64,000 nucleotides of DNA. Origin: Alphaproteobacteria bacterium. GTDB taxonomy: Bacteria; Pseudomonadota; Alphaproteobacteria; MPNO01; UBA830. Position numbers and translations under genes: made by a program. Location: assembly GCA_965243135.1 (NCBI GenBank), contig OZ251539.1:4928001-4992000 (forward strand), given 5' to 3'. Shown here piece after piece: positions 61,001 through 64,000 of the stretch (its first letter is position 1; every line of letters starts with the position of its first letter). Below the pieces are notes generated by a model. That model searched no databases. It saw only the letters and a program-made list of their open reading frames with translations, and had not been told where the DNA came from.

Positions 61001-64000
61001 TATTCGAGCGCCTCCCGGACCTCGGCCGGCGTGCCTTTCAGCACGCGCCCGTCGAGCTCGATGTCGGGGGGCAGATCCTCGGGCGAGATCTGGTGGATCA
61101 ACGGGCCGTTGCCGCCGGTGGCCTCGGGCAGGGTGACCTCGGCGACAAGCGCGCCCTGGAGCCAGGACAGGTCGTCGATGGTCTGGTCGCCGAAGCTCGG
61201 CGCGGTATCCTCGGCCACCGCGGCGTGGAAGGTAAGCGAGGCCTGATCGCCGTCGGCGTCCGTCGCTGTCCACGTGTATTGCGTCCGCGCCGCGTCCGCT
61301 TCCGGCGTGCCGCTCACCCGGCGGTCAGCCCGCGACAGCCCGTCCGGCAGCGCCGGCGAAAGCGTGTAGGTCAACGTCCCGTTGCCGCCGGTCGCCGCAG
61401 GCAGGTCGAAGGCGTCGATCTCGTCGTTCTCGATCCACTCCAGGTCGTCGACCGTCGCCTCGAAGCGCGGCGTCAGGTCGGGCGCGACCTGGATGGTGAA
61501 GTCGAGCGTCGCCGTGTCGTCGTCGGCGTCCGTCGCGGTAAGCCGGTAGCTGGCCGGGTTCGCGCTGACCGTCGGCGTGCCGCTGATCCTGCCGCCGCCG
61601 AACGCGCCGGTCGAAGAGGCGGAGTAGCTCAACCCGCGCGGCAGGCTCAAGGCGGTTGCCGACGTGCCCGGCCCGGTCAGCGCGTAGGCGAGCGTCCCGT
61701 CGCCGTCGGTCGCCGGCGGCAGCGTGAAGTCGACCGGCGCGCCCACCGTCCAGACCCGCGCCGGCACCACCGCCGCGCCGAAGGTCGGCGTCGGCAGCGC
61801 GGCGCCGCCGATCTTGAAACGGGCATCGTTCACGATGGCGTTGGAAAAGGCGAGCCGCGCCGGTTTGCCGCCCGGCCCCGTGATGCTGCCGCCTTCGAGG
61901 CGCAGCGCGGCGGCCCCGATGCTGACGCCGTCCGGGTCCCGGTCGCTGTGCCGCACCGTGTAATAGAAGTTCAGAGCCCTGCCCCTGTAGGAACTCAGAG
62001 GCCTGCCACCGTTATCGGACAGCGGCAGGCGGCGCGTGACGCTGCCGACCTGCAGCGCGATCGTCGGCGTGCCCGTCACCGTCACCGTCTTGTCGTAGTT
62101 GACGGAGATCTTGAACCGCTCGCCCGTGAGGAAGGTATCGTGGCGGGCCGATCCCGAGAGCTTCACTTCACCTGCCGCCGCCGGGTTGGAACTGCCGTCC
62201 ACCTTGAAGCGCGCGTCGTTCGTCATCGCGTGGCTGCCCAGGCCCAGCGCCGCCGCCCCCCCCAACCGGCTGCGCAGGGTTGCGCCGCTGGGGAGCGTCA
62301 AGGCGCCGGCGGCGATGGAGATGCCGTCGGCGTCCCGGTCGGACGGCCCCACCGTGTGAACGAACTCCAAAGCGGAGGTTGGGGCTAGCAGCCGGCCGTT
62401 CAGCCGGTGCGTGGCGTTGCCGATGGCGAGCGCCAGCTGCGGAGACCCGCCGCTCGCGACGATCGGGACGTCGAACTTGACCCGCACGCGTATCTCTTCC
62501 CCAAGGGTGAACGTCTGGTTGCTCCGCGGGACGAAGATCACGCTGACTCTGGTCACGCGCGGCGTCACGATGGCGCCGGTCACCTTGTGCGTGCCCTGGG
62601 CGTCCAGCGCGTGGCTGCCCAGGGCGAAATTCACCGGGTTGCCTTCCCGCCGCCGCAGGTTGCCGGTCAGCGCGTCCGCCGCGATGGAGATGCCGTCCGC
62701 GTCCCGGTCCGTGCTCTGGACCGTATATTCGTAATAGAGGCTGCGGGAGTGCTGGGGACCGAGCGAGATTTCGAGCGTGGCGTGGCGCGTGTTGTCGCCG
62801 ATGGTCAGCGCCAGGCGGGAAGACCCCGACCGATTGTTGACGAGCTCGCTGAACGTCACCTGCGCCCTGATCTTCTCGCCCGCGCCGTAGCCGGCGCTGT
62901 TCGCCGGCGTTGAGTTGATGGTGACGCCGGTCACCGTGGCGGCGCGTCCGTCCACCTTGTGCGACGCTTGGGCGCCCAGCGCGTGGCTGCCGAGATCGAT
63001 CCTGCCGTTGAGGACCTGGTTGAAGCCGCCGCCGATGCCGTAGGTGATCGCGCTATGGGAGTTCAGCGCCCTCGCGCCGATGGAAATTCCGTCGGGATCG
63101 TGGTCGGGATCCTGCACGGTGTAGCGGAAGTCCACGCTGCGGCCGCTCGAGGCGTGGTAGGATGCCGTCCGCGCCGTGCCGCCGATGGCGAGCGTCAGTT
63201 CCGGCCAGAAGTCCCTGCCCTGGAAGGTCGCCTTGCTGACCTGCACCGCCTTGCTGAACGTAACCCGCACGTCGATGGTCTGGCCGTGGTCGTACCAGCC
63301 GTCGCTCTGGAACGACCGGATGGAGACGCCCGTCACCGTCGGCGCCGCGGCGTTGGCGCCGTTCACCTTGTGCGCCGCTTGGGCGCCCAGCGCGTGGCTG
63401 CCGAGGCCGAGGCCCGCGTTGGTGCCGCCGACGTTGCGGATCGTCCCGCCGTTCAGGGTCAGCGCGCCGGCGGCGACGGACAGGCCATCGGGGTCGCTGT
63501 CCGCCGCCGCCACCACGTGACGGAAGATCTGCGTCGTCGGACTCGTTCCGGCGCGGTTCCAGGCCGCCTGCGCGGTCCCCGCGCCCAGGGCGAGCGCCAG
63601 GTTGGGCGTTCCCGAAACGCCCACCGCCTGATCGAAGCGCACCTCCACCTCGATGGTCTCGCCGTAGGAGTAGGTGTCGCCGCTTGCGGGCGTCGAGATC
63701 ACCCGGATTCCGGCCACCGCCGGGGCGCGCCCGACGCTGCCGTTCACCTTGTGCGCCGCTTGTGCGCCCAGCGCGTGGCTCCCCAGCCCCAGGATCGCGT
63801 TGTTCCCCGCCGCGTCGCGGATCAGCCCGCCGTTGAGGTCCAGCGCGTCCGCGGCGACCGCAACGCCGTCCGTATCCCGATCCTCCGCCTGCACGGTGTA
63901 GCGGAAGCGCAGCGTCCCGCCGGAAACGGAGAGGAACGACGCCTGACGCGTCGTCCCGCCGACGTCGAGCGCCAGCCGAGGGGCGCCCCGCACCGTCATT
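37060..64000 (-). CDS. Giant repetitive surface protein/adhesin with C-terminal autotransporter-like beta-barrel; 5'-partial (>8,979 aa)
   Basis: One open frame of ~27 kb; Ala/Thr/Val/Asp/Ser-rich Ig-like and Calx-beta-like repeats, a PKD-like domain, a helical linker, amphipathic strands and a terminal aromatic residue (SISLKLRMHW). It begins mid-repeat with no signal peptide, so the true start lies beyond the window. Confidence 0.92.
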   Translation of the reverse strand, partial: MTVRGAPRLALDVGGTTRQASFLSVSGGTLRFRYTVQAEDRDTDGVAVAADALDLNGGLIRDAAGNNAILGLGSHALGAQAAHKVNGSVGRAPAVAGIRVISTPASGDTYSYGETIEVEVRFDQAVGVSGTPNLALALGAGTAQAAWNRAGTSPTTQIFRHVVAAADSDPDGLSVAAGALTLNGGTIRNVGGTNAGLGLGSHALGAQAAHKVNGANAAAPTVTGVSIRSFQSDGWYDHGQTIDVRVTFSKAVQVSKATFQGRDFWPELTLAIGGTARTASYHASSGRSVDFRYTVQDPDHDPDGISIGARALNSHSAITYGIGGGFNQVLNGRIDLGSHALGAQASHKVDGRAATVTGVTINSTPANSAGYGAGEKIRAQVTFSELVNNRSGSSRLALTIGDNTRHATLEISLGPQHSRSLYYEYTVQSTDRDADGISIAADALTGNLRRREGNPVNFALGSHALDAQGTHKVTGAIVTPRVTRVSVIFVPRSNQTFTLGEEIRVRVKFDVPIVASGGSPQLALAIGNATHRLNGRLLAPTSALEFVHTVGPSDRDADGISIAAGALTLPSGATLRSRLGGAAALGLGSHAMTNDARFKVDGSSNPAAAGEVKLSGSARHDTFLTGERFKISVNYDKTVTVTGTPTIALQVGSVTRRLPLSDNGGRPLSSYRGRALNFYYTVRHSDRDPDGVSIGAAALRLEGGSITGPGGKPARLAFSNAIVNDARFKIGGAALPTPTFGAAVVPARVWTVGAPVDFTLPPATDGDGTLAYALTGPGTSATALSLPRGLSYSASSTGAFGGGRISGTPTVSANPASYRLTATDADDDTATLDFTIQVAPDLTPRFEATVDDLEWIENDEIDAFDLPAATGGNGTLTYTLSPALPDGLSRADRRVSGTPEADAARTQYTWTATDADGDQASLTFHAAVAEDTAPSFGDQTIDDLSWLQGALVAEVTLPEATGGNGPLIHQISPEDLPPDIELDGRVLKGTPAEVREALEYTWRAVDRDGDKAELTFDLEVYEDLLPSFGDTTIDDRAWTQRQEIAAFNLPEAVGGDGDLTYALAPALPPGLSRDAATREVSGTPTAARAAATYTWTATDADGDKAELTFTMAVDGIPTFGDETVADATWTKGKEIESFTLPEATGGDGRVIYALSAAAPHTGLPDGVVRDAATREVSGTPTAARTRTEYTWTATDADGDEASLSFFAAVVEPPAATLVLSASTIDEHDGTNPGSATVTAALDKASSADTTLTVAAAAGTNAADGDFALSIPATLTIAAGETASIGTVTITAVDNAKDEDDKTVIVSGSAANDVLVTGPADLTLTIADDDDAPTVTLALADAAIDENGGATTVTATLSHASSAETTITVTAVAGFYAAGPDATIVIAAGETAHASDTATIEAVDDDVDNVGDRSVTVTATASNDQGAVSVTGASLTLTDDEATPTATLALSEPDPSQPDTIAESGEGNASAVTATLDRASSEAVTLTVAATAGTNAADGDFALSSPATLTVAAGETASAGVVTVTAADNAKDEPDRFVTISATVSGASGVSNPTALTLTIEDDENAPTVTLALADAAIDENGGATAVSATLSHPSSAATTVTVTGMPGFYAASPDATIVIAAGETASASDTATIEAVDDDVDNVGDRAVTVSGTAANDQAVGEAVAVTGAGLDRQRRPRPGLPGESRTMAVTGASLTLTDDEATPTATLKLSQADPSKPDTIGENGGVSTVTAALSGKSSEAVTLTVSAGTNAADGDLALSSPATLTVAAGETASAGVVTVTANDDDADSPDKSVTVSAAVSGASGVLDPAAVTLTIADDDDPPTVTLALANAAIDENGGATTVTATLSHASSAETTITVTAVAGFYAAGPDAAIVIAAGETTSASDTATIEAVDDDIDNVGDRSVTVTATASNDQGAGSVTGAALTLTDDEDTPTATLALSEPDPSKPDTIAESGEGNASAVTATLNRASSEAVTLTVSAAAGTNAADGDFALSIPATLTVAAGETASAGVVTVTAEDNAKDEPDRSVTVSAAVSGDSGVSDPTAVTLTIADDDNPPVVALAVADAAISENGGATAVSATLSHPSSAATTVTVTAVAGFYAAGPDATIVIAAGETANASDTATIEAVDDDVDNVGDRAVTVSGTAANDQAVGEAVAVTGASLDRRLRPRPGLPGESRTMAVTGASLTLTDDEATPTATLALSEPDPSKPDTIGENGGVSTVTAALSGKSSETVTLTVSAVTNAADGDFALSSPATLTVAAGETASAGVVTVTANDDDADSPDKTVTVSAAVSGASGVSDPAAVTLTIADDEDAPTVTLELADAAIAEDGGTTTVSATLSHPSSAATTITVTALEGAYTVDSADATIVIAAGSTANALDTASITAVDDAIDNVGDRSATVTGTASNDQAAAKSETVAVTGASLTLTDDEGAPTATLRLSQSSISENGGVSTVTATLNRASSEAVTLTVSAAAGTGAVSGDFTLSSAKTLTIAAGSTASAGAVTVTAVADATDSPDKSVTVSAAAAGGGVANPSAVTLTIEDDDAAPDATLALASSSLPENGGATTVRATLSHPSSAATTITVTALEGAYTVDSADATIVIAAGSTANASDTATVNAVNDDVDNVGDRTVTVTGTASNGQAAAQSETVAVTGASLTLTDDEGAPTATLKLSQPSISENGGVATVTATLSGQSSEAVSVSVSAGGGGFTLSSAKTLTIAAGSTASAGAVTVTAVADATDSPDKSVTVSAAASGGGVANPSAVTLTIADDDAAPDATLALATSSIPENGGAATVRATLSHPSSAATTVTVTGVTGFYAAGPDATIVIAAGETANASDAATINAVNDDVDNVGDRAVTVTGTASNGQAAAESETVAVTGASLTLTDDEATPTATLNLSSSSVPENGGVSTVTATLNRASSEAVTLTVGASPRTGAVSADFTLSARKTLTIAAGSTTSAGAVTVTAVADATDAPDKSVTVTATAAGGGVGNPSAVTLTIADDDAAPDATLALASSSIPEDSGTTTVSATLSHPSSAATTVTVTGVSGFYAAGSDATIVIAAGSTANASDTATINAVNDDVDNVSNRSVTVTATASNDQGAGSVTGAELTLTDDEGAPTATLKLSQSSIPENGGASTVTATLSGKSSEAVTLTVSAGGAGFTLSSAKTLTIAAGNTTSAGAVTVTAVADATDSPDKSVTVSAAASGGGVANPSTVTLTIADDDAAPDATLALASSSILENGGATAVRATLSHPSSAATTVTVTGVTGFYAAGSDATIVIAAGSTANPLDTATINAVNDNVDNVSNRSVTVTATASNDQGAGSVTGAELTLTDDEGAPTATLKLSQSSISESGGVSTVTATLSGKSSEAVTLTVSAGGAGFTLSSAKTLTIGAGSTASAGAVTVTANDNDVDSPDKSVTVTAMAAGGGVANPASETLTITDDDAAPGVALALASSSIPEDGGATTVSATLSHPSSAATTITVTALEGAYAVDSADATIVIAAGETANPSDTATINAVNDDVDNVGDRAVTVTGTASNGQAAAESETVAVTGASLTLTDDEATPTATLKLSQASIPENGGVSTVTARLSGKSSEAVTLTVSAGGGGFALSSAKTLTIAAGSTASAGLVTVAAVADATDAPDRPVTVSAAASGGGVANPSAVTLTIADDDAAPDATLALASSSIPEDGGATTVSATLSHPSSAATTITVTALEGAYAVDSADATIMIAAGETANPSDTATINAVNDDMDNVGDRAVTVTGTASNGQAAAESETVAVTGASLTLTDDEATPTATLKLSQSSISESGGVSTVTAALNRASSEAVTLTVSAGGAGFTLSSAKTLTIAAGSTASAGAVTVTAVADATDAPDKSVTITAAAAGGGVADPANKTLMIEDDDAAPGVTLALASSSIPEDGGATTVSATLSHRSSAATTVTVRGVSGFYAAGSDATIVIAAGSTANAADTATINAVNDDVDNVSNRIVTVTATASNDQGAGSVTGAELTLTDDEGAPTATLKLSQSSISESGGVSTVTATLSGVSGEAVTVTVAAAPGTGAVAADFTLSARKTLTIAAGSTASAGAVTVTANDNDVDSPDKSVTVSGAVSGDSGVSDPAAVTLTLTNDEVPPTLALSLSASSISETDGVSTVTATLSGASSQAVTLTVAAAAGTGAAAADFDLSTEKTLTIAVGATASVGGVTVTANGNDVDSPDKQVTVSAAAAGGNGVAAPPSATLTLTDDDDAPSVTLALSSSSVSENGGEATVTARLSGKSSQPTTVTVTASAGSHTAASDFTQTGATLTVAAGATASAGVVTVTAVNDAEDAAHDKTVTVSATAGNGQGIAGNPSPVTLTIEDDDVDLKPTFGDQRIASRLWPVSTVVPRLALPRATGGDGTLTYALSPALPPWLSRNGFFVTGTTPDAPTNQKEYVWTATDEDGDAATLPFLVAVIAPGDPPRLVNPPGIVVNTGNLPSLSISSPRVAEGASGSTATLSYTVALSAASTEEVSAGYADAGTGTASSGADYAALATGTLTFAAGETSKTVDVTVTGDGVDEPDETVELALSGPVNAQVPVSGRTGTGTIEDDDAAPSVTLALASSSIPEDGGATTVSATLSHLSSAATTVTVTGATGFYAAGSDATIVIAAGSTSSATDTATINAVNDAIDNVGDRSVTVTATASNDQAAAESQAVAVTGASLTLTDDEATPTATLKLSPASISESGGVSTVTATLSGKSSEAVTLTVSAGGAGFALSSAKTLTIAAGSTASAGLVTVAAVADATDAPDKPVTVTAAAAGGGVANPSAVTLIIADDDAAPGVTLRLASSSIPEDGGATAVSATLSHPSSAATTITVTALEGAYSVDPADATIVIAAGSTANASDAATINAVNDDVDNVGERSVTVTATASNGQAAAESETVAVTGASLTLTDDETTPTATLKLSSSSIPENGGAATVRAALSGKSSEAVTVTVAAAPGTGAVAADFTLSARKTLTIAAGSTASAGAVTVTANDNDVDSPDKSVTVSGAVSGDSGVSDPAAVTLTLTNDEVPPTLALSLSASSISETDGVSTVTATLSGASSQAVTLTVAAAAGTGAAAADFDLSTEKTLTIAVGATASVGGVTVTANGNDVDSPDKQVTVSAAAAGGNGVAAPPSATLTLTDDDDAPSVTLALSSSSISENGGEATVTVRLSHPSSAATTVTVSASAGSHTAASDFSLSASRTLTVAAGATASAGAVTVAAVNDAEDAAHDKTVTVSATAGNGQGIAGNPSPVTLTIEDDDVDLKPTFGDQRIASRLWPVSTVVPRLALPRATGGDGTLTYALSPALPPWLSRNGFFVTGTTPDAPTNQKEYVWTATDEDGDAATLPFLVAVIAPGDPPRLVNPPGIVVNTGNLPSLSISSPRVAEGASGSTATLSYTVALSAASTEEVSAGYADAGTGTASSGADYAALATGTLTFAAGETSKTVDVTVTGDGVDEPDETVELALSGPVNAQVPVSGRTGTGMIEDDDAAPSVTLALASSSIPEDGGATTVSATLSHPSSAATTVTVTGATGFYAAGSDATIVIAAGSTSSATDTATINAVNDAIDNVGDRSVTVTATASNDQAAAESQAVAVTGASLTLTDDEATPNVTLSLSEPDPSKPDTIAENGADNASTVTAALNRASSEAVTLTVSASAGTNAAATDFTLSGAKTLTIAAGSTASAGLVTVTANDDATDGPDKSVTVTAAVSGASGVSNPAAATLTIADDDDTPTVTLALSPSSISENGGVTAVSATLSHASNADTTITVTAQDGAYTVDSTDATVVIAAGSTANASDTATINAVNDAIDNVGDRNVTVTGTASNDQAAAESEIVAVTGASLTLADDENTPTATLELSSSSIPENGGAATVRAALSGKSSEAVTVTVAAAPGTGAVAADFTLSARKTLTIAAGSTASAGAVTVTANDNDVDSPDKSVTVSGAVSGDSGVSDPAAVTLTLTNDEVPPTLALSLSASSISETDGVSTVTATLSGASSQAVTLTVAAAAGTGAAAADFDLSTVKTLTIAVGATASVGGVTVTANGNDVDSPDKQVTVSAAAAGGNGVAAPPSATLTLTDDDDAPSVTLALSSSSVSENGGEATVTARLSGKSSQPTTVTVTASAGSHTAASDFTQTGATLTVAAGATASAGVVTVTAVNDAEDAAHDKTVTVSATAGNGQGIAGNPSPVTLTIEDDDVDLKPTFGDQRIASRLWPVSTVVPRLALPRATGGDGTLTYALSPALPPWLSRNGFFVTGTTPDAPTNQKEYVWTATDEDGDAATLPFLVAVIAPGDPPRLVNPPGIVVNTGNLPSLSISSPRVAEGASGSTATLSYTVALSAASTEEVSAGYADAGTGTASSGADYAALATGTLTFAAGETSKTVDVTVTGDGVDEPDETVELALSGPVNAQVPVSGRTGTGTIEDDDAAPSVTLALASSSIPEDGGATTVSATLSHPSSAATTVTVTGVSGFYAAGSDATVVIAAGSTANASDTATINAVNDDVDNVGERSVTVTATASNGQAAAESETVAVTGASLTLTDDETTPTAALKLSPASISESGGVSTVTATLSGKSSEAVTLTVSAGGAGFALSSAKTLTIAAGSTASAGAVTVAAVADATDAPDKPVTVTAAAAGGGVANPSAVTLIIADDDAAPGVTLRLASSSIPGDGGATAVSATLSHPSSAATTITVTALEGAYSVDPADATIVIAAGSTTNASDAATINAVNDDVDNVGDRTVTVTATASNGQAAAESETVAVTGASLTLTDDETTPMATLKLSQASIPESGGVSTVTATLSGKSSEAVTLTVSAGGAGFALSSAKTLTIAAGSTASAGAVTVTAIADATDSPDKSVTVSAAASGGGVANPSAVTLTIADDDAAPDATLALASSSIPENRGATAVRATLSHPSSAATTVTVTGVTGFYAAGSDATIVIAAGSTANASDTATINAVNDDVDNVGDRAVTVTGTASNGQAAAESETVAVTGASLTLTDDETTPTATLKLSQSSILESGGVSTVTATLNRASSEAVTLTVGASPGTGAVSGDFKLSSAKTLTIAAGSTTSAGAVTVTAVADATDSPDKSVTVSAAASGGGVANPSAVTLTIADDDAAPSVALAVADSSIPENGGATTVSATLSHPSSAATTVTVTGVTGFYTVGSDATIVIAAGSTANATDTAAITAVNDAIDNVGNRTATVTGTVANDQGAGNVTGASLTLTDDEGAPTATLKLSPATIPENGGAATVTATLSGKSSEAVTLTVSAGGTGFTLSSAKTLTIGAGSTTSAGAVTVTAVADATDSPDKSVTVSATASGDSVANPSAVTLTIADDDAAPGVTLGLASSSIPENGGATTVRATLSHPSSAATTVTVTGVSGFYAAGSDAMIVIAAGSTTNTTDTATITAVDDAIDNVGDRAATVTGTVANDQGAGNVTGASLTLTDDEGAPTATLKLSQSSISESGGISTVTATLNRASSEAVTLTVSAGGAGFALSSAKTLTIGAGSTASAGAVTVTAVADATDSPDKSVTVSAAASGGGVANPASKTLTIADDDAAPDATLGLASSSIPENGGATTVRATLSHPSSAATTVTVTGVSGFYAAGSDATIVIAAGETANATDTATITAVDDAIDNVGDRAATVTGTASNGQAAAESETVAVTGASLTLTDDESAPTATLKLSPATIPESGGVSTVSATLSGKSSEAVTLTVSASPGTGAVSGDFTLSGAMTLTIAAGSTSSAGAVTVTANGNDVDSPDKSVAVSATAAGGGVANPSAVTLAIADDETLPTVSLVLSSSSISENGGVATVAARLSGKSSAAVTVTVGASPGPGTDFTQTGTTLTIAAESTTSTGTVTVRGADDGVAEGSERITVSGTAAGGNGVADPSPLTLTLTDDDTPQTTLVLSSASIAEAGGVATVTAMLSGKSGVAVTVTVSAGGAGFTLSSANTLTFAANATTSAGVVTVTGVDDDTDAPNKSVTVSGAASDGLGLANDPHDVILTIADDDAAPRVTLALSSSSISENGGVSTVTATLDRPSSQPTTVTVSASPGTGFTLSGTTLTVAAGATASVGAVTITAVDNAKDEPDKSVTVSGTAANGHGKTDPAAVTLTITDDDESVSPPSALAADAGEDKIVDEGAAVTLSGRAHGWDPAAGAPTWAWEQTGGTPTVALTGAATAGPSFTAPQVSGVTVLTFRLTVTAGGASVSDTVDITVTDRSGAAVATPDSAPTPDSVPTFGDAAVPDQSWVQNAAIAPFVLPTATGGDGSLTYALSPTPPDGVARDAATRAVSGAPAEPMQRTEYAWTATDADGDEATLTFNVTVFEDTVPSFGDETITDKLWVAGLRIETFALPTATDGNGELTYTLSRLPPAGVARDAATHEISGAPAEPMQRTEYAWTATDADGDEATLTFAIEVWPRIAFSLEDAKAEEGDEVVFFLKLSPPPPRDMTARLVAVPGTATVGEDYTTAAARSPLSLASTSGGGAVAYATGHEFRIAAGQTSVRVAVRTINDETDEPHETFTLDAVSVHPMGARAAATGTIVDNDHQGRTRAFEAVLAAFGRTVAAEAIDVLGERFTEAAPGNRVTLGGHAVPLGAAEATPADEDGLSGVGVGGAPRRSDDGAGSGMRELAARSSFALSLGRDDAAAGGGPALWGRAGASRFSGRPDDDLETEGEVFTGFVGTDARPRPDFLLGVAVARSRGEMSYVLGEGRGDVDATLTSVFPYAHWTPVPMVNLWAIMGAGQGAAKVADEAGAARTDIEMRMAALGGRKELGASGGVDWALKGDGVAVRMMSDAARGLSATDAGTRRLRLMVEGSADWGLTEHARLRPRLELGGRWDGGRLDEGFGQEMGGGATYADMRLGLEAEARGRYLLAHRSSGFEEWGASFAIHFDPGGDGLGPWIGMSPQWGATDSGAQSLWEGAPPDDGGSAGGRLRLEAGYRFDESRAMTLTVKRDSRGGGRGYGLGCRFAPARNLLVEAEASRSESETNAFEHSISLKLRMHW
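44640..51910. repeat. Three near-identical ~1.8-kb blocks (approx. 44640-46450, 47430-49240, 50180-51910)
   Basis: Marker acgtattccttctgattcgt at 45221, 48011 and 50759 (offsets 2790 and 2748); each encodes DLKPTFGDQRIASRLWPV...TNQKEYVW...GNLPSLSISSPRV. Confidence 0.93.
57050..60020. repeat. Tandem duplication with 1473-bp (491-aa) period
   Basis: RPRPGLPGESRTM-encoding segment at 57442 and 58915; matching shadow ORFs are offset by 1473 (57797/59270, 58427/59900). Confidence 0.88.
60365..61790 (-). repeat. Five tandem putative-Ig (He_PIG-like) units of ~90-110 aa
   Basis: P(S/T/R)F...W......LP.ATGG.G.L.Y.L.P.LP.GL......SGTP......Y.WTATD.DGD.A.L.F repeated; five further copies lie elsewhere in the gene. 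Confidence 0.8.
61805..64000 (-). repeat. At least six divergent ~125-aa Ig-like repeats (first one cut by the window edge)
   Basis: GE.I.V.V.F...V...G.P.LAL.IG...R......L.F.YTV...D.D.DGISI...AL......L.LGSHAL......KV.G repeated. Confidence 0.82.

Noticed and set aside
37066-62388. Very long plus-strand ORFs (e.g. 42628-50202, 2524 aa; 52933-56682; 56980-60759)
   Set aside because: Arg/His-rich or Val/Thr/Ser-rich antisense shadows of the giant gene, caused by high GC and repetitive codon use.
63997-63999. ATG at 63999 as the start of the giant gene
   Set aside because: It lies mid-repeat at the window edge with no signal peptide following.

Overview
Very GC-rich bacterial DNA; gene content (cysG-DUF2849-cysI-DUF934, TRAP, autotransporter) suggests an alphaproteobacterium, which is an inference. 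The first ~37 kb hold about 33 genes: a sulfite-reduction operon, a regulator-free mosaic of catabolic enzymes (cupin and extradiol dioxygenases, class II aldolase-type decarboxylase, sulfatase, amidohydrolase, alpha/beta hydrolase, MetE-like protein, acyl-CoA ligase, thioesterase, RidA, FMN hydroxy-acid oxidase), Urt/Liv-type ABC and TRAP transporters, and glycosyltransferases. Among them are accessory pieces: two AT-richer islets (a small ORF plus a truncated Fic-like fragment, and a PepSY-like ORF plus a PIN nuclease), an ISAs1-type element whose transposase carries an N-terminal DUF4338/DruA-like domain, an LLM pseudogene and a probable decayed ISKra4/ISLre2-type remnant. The last ~27 kb are a single minus-strand ORF, still open at the window edge (>8,979 aa): a giant Ig/Calx-beta-repeat surface protein with mosaic multi-kb internal duplications and an unusually extended C-terminal beta-barrel. 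No rRNA, tRNA or CRISPR array was recognised. All family calls come from motif recognition by eye; no database search was run.
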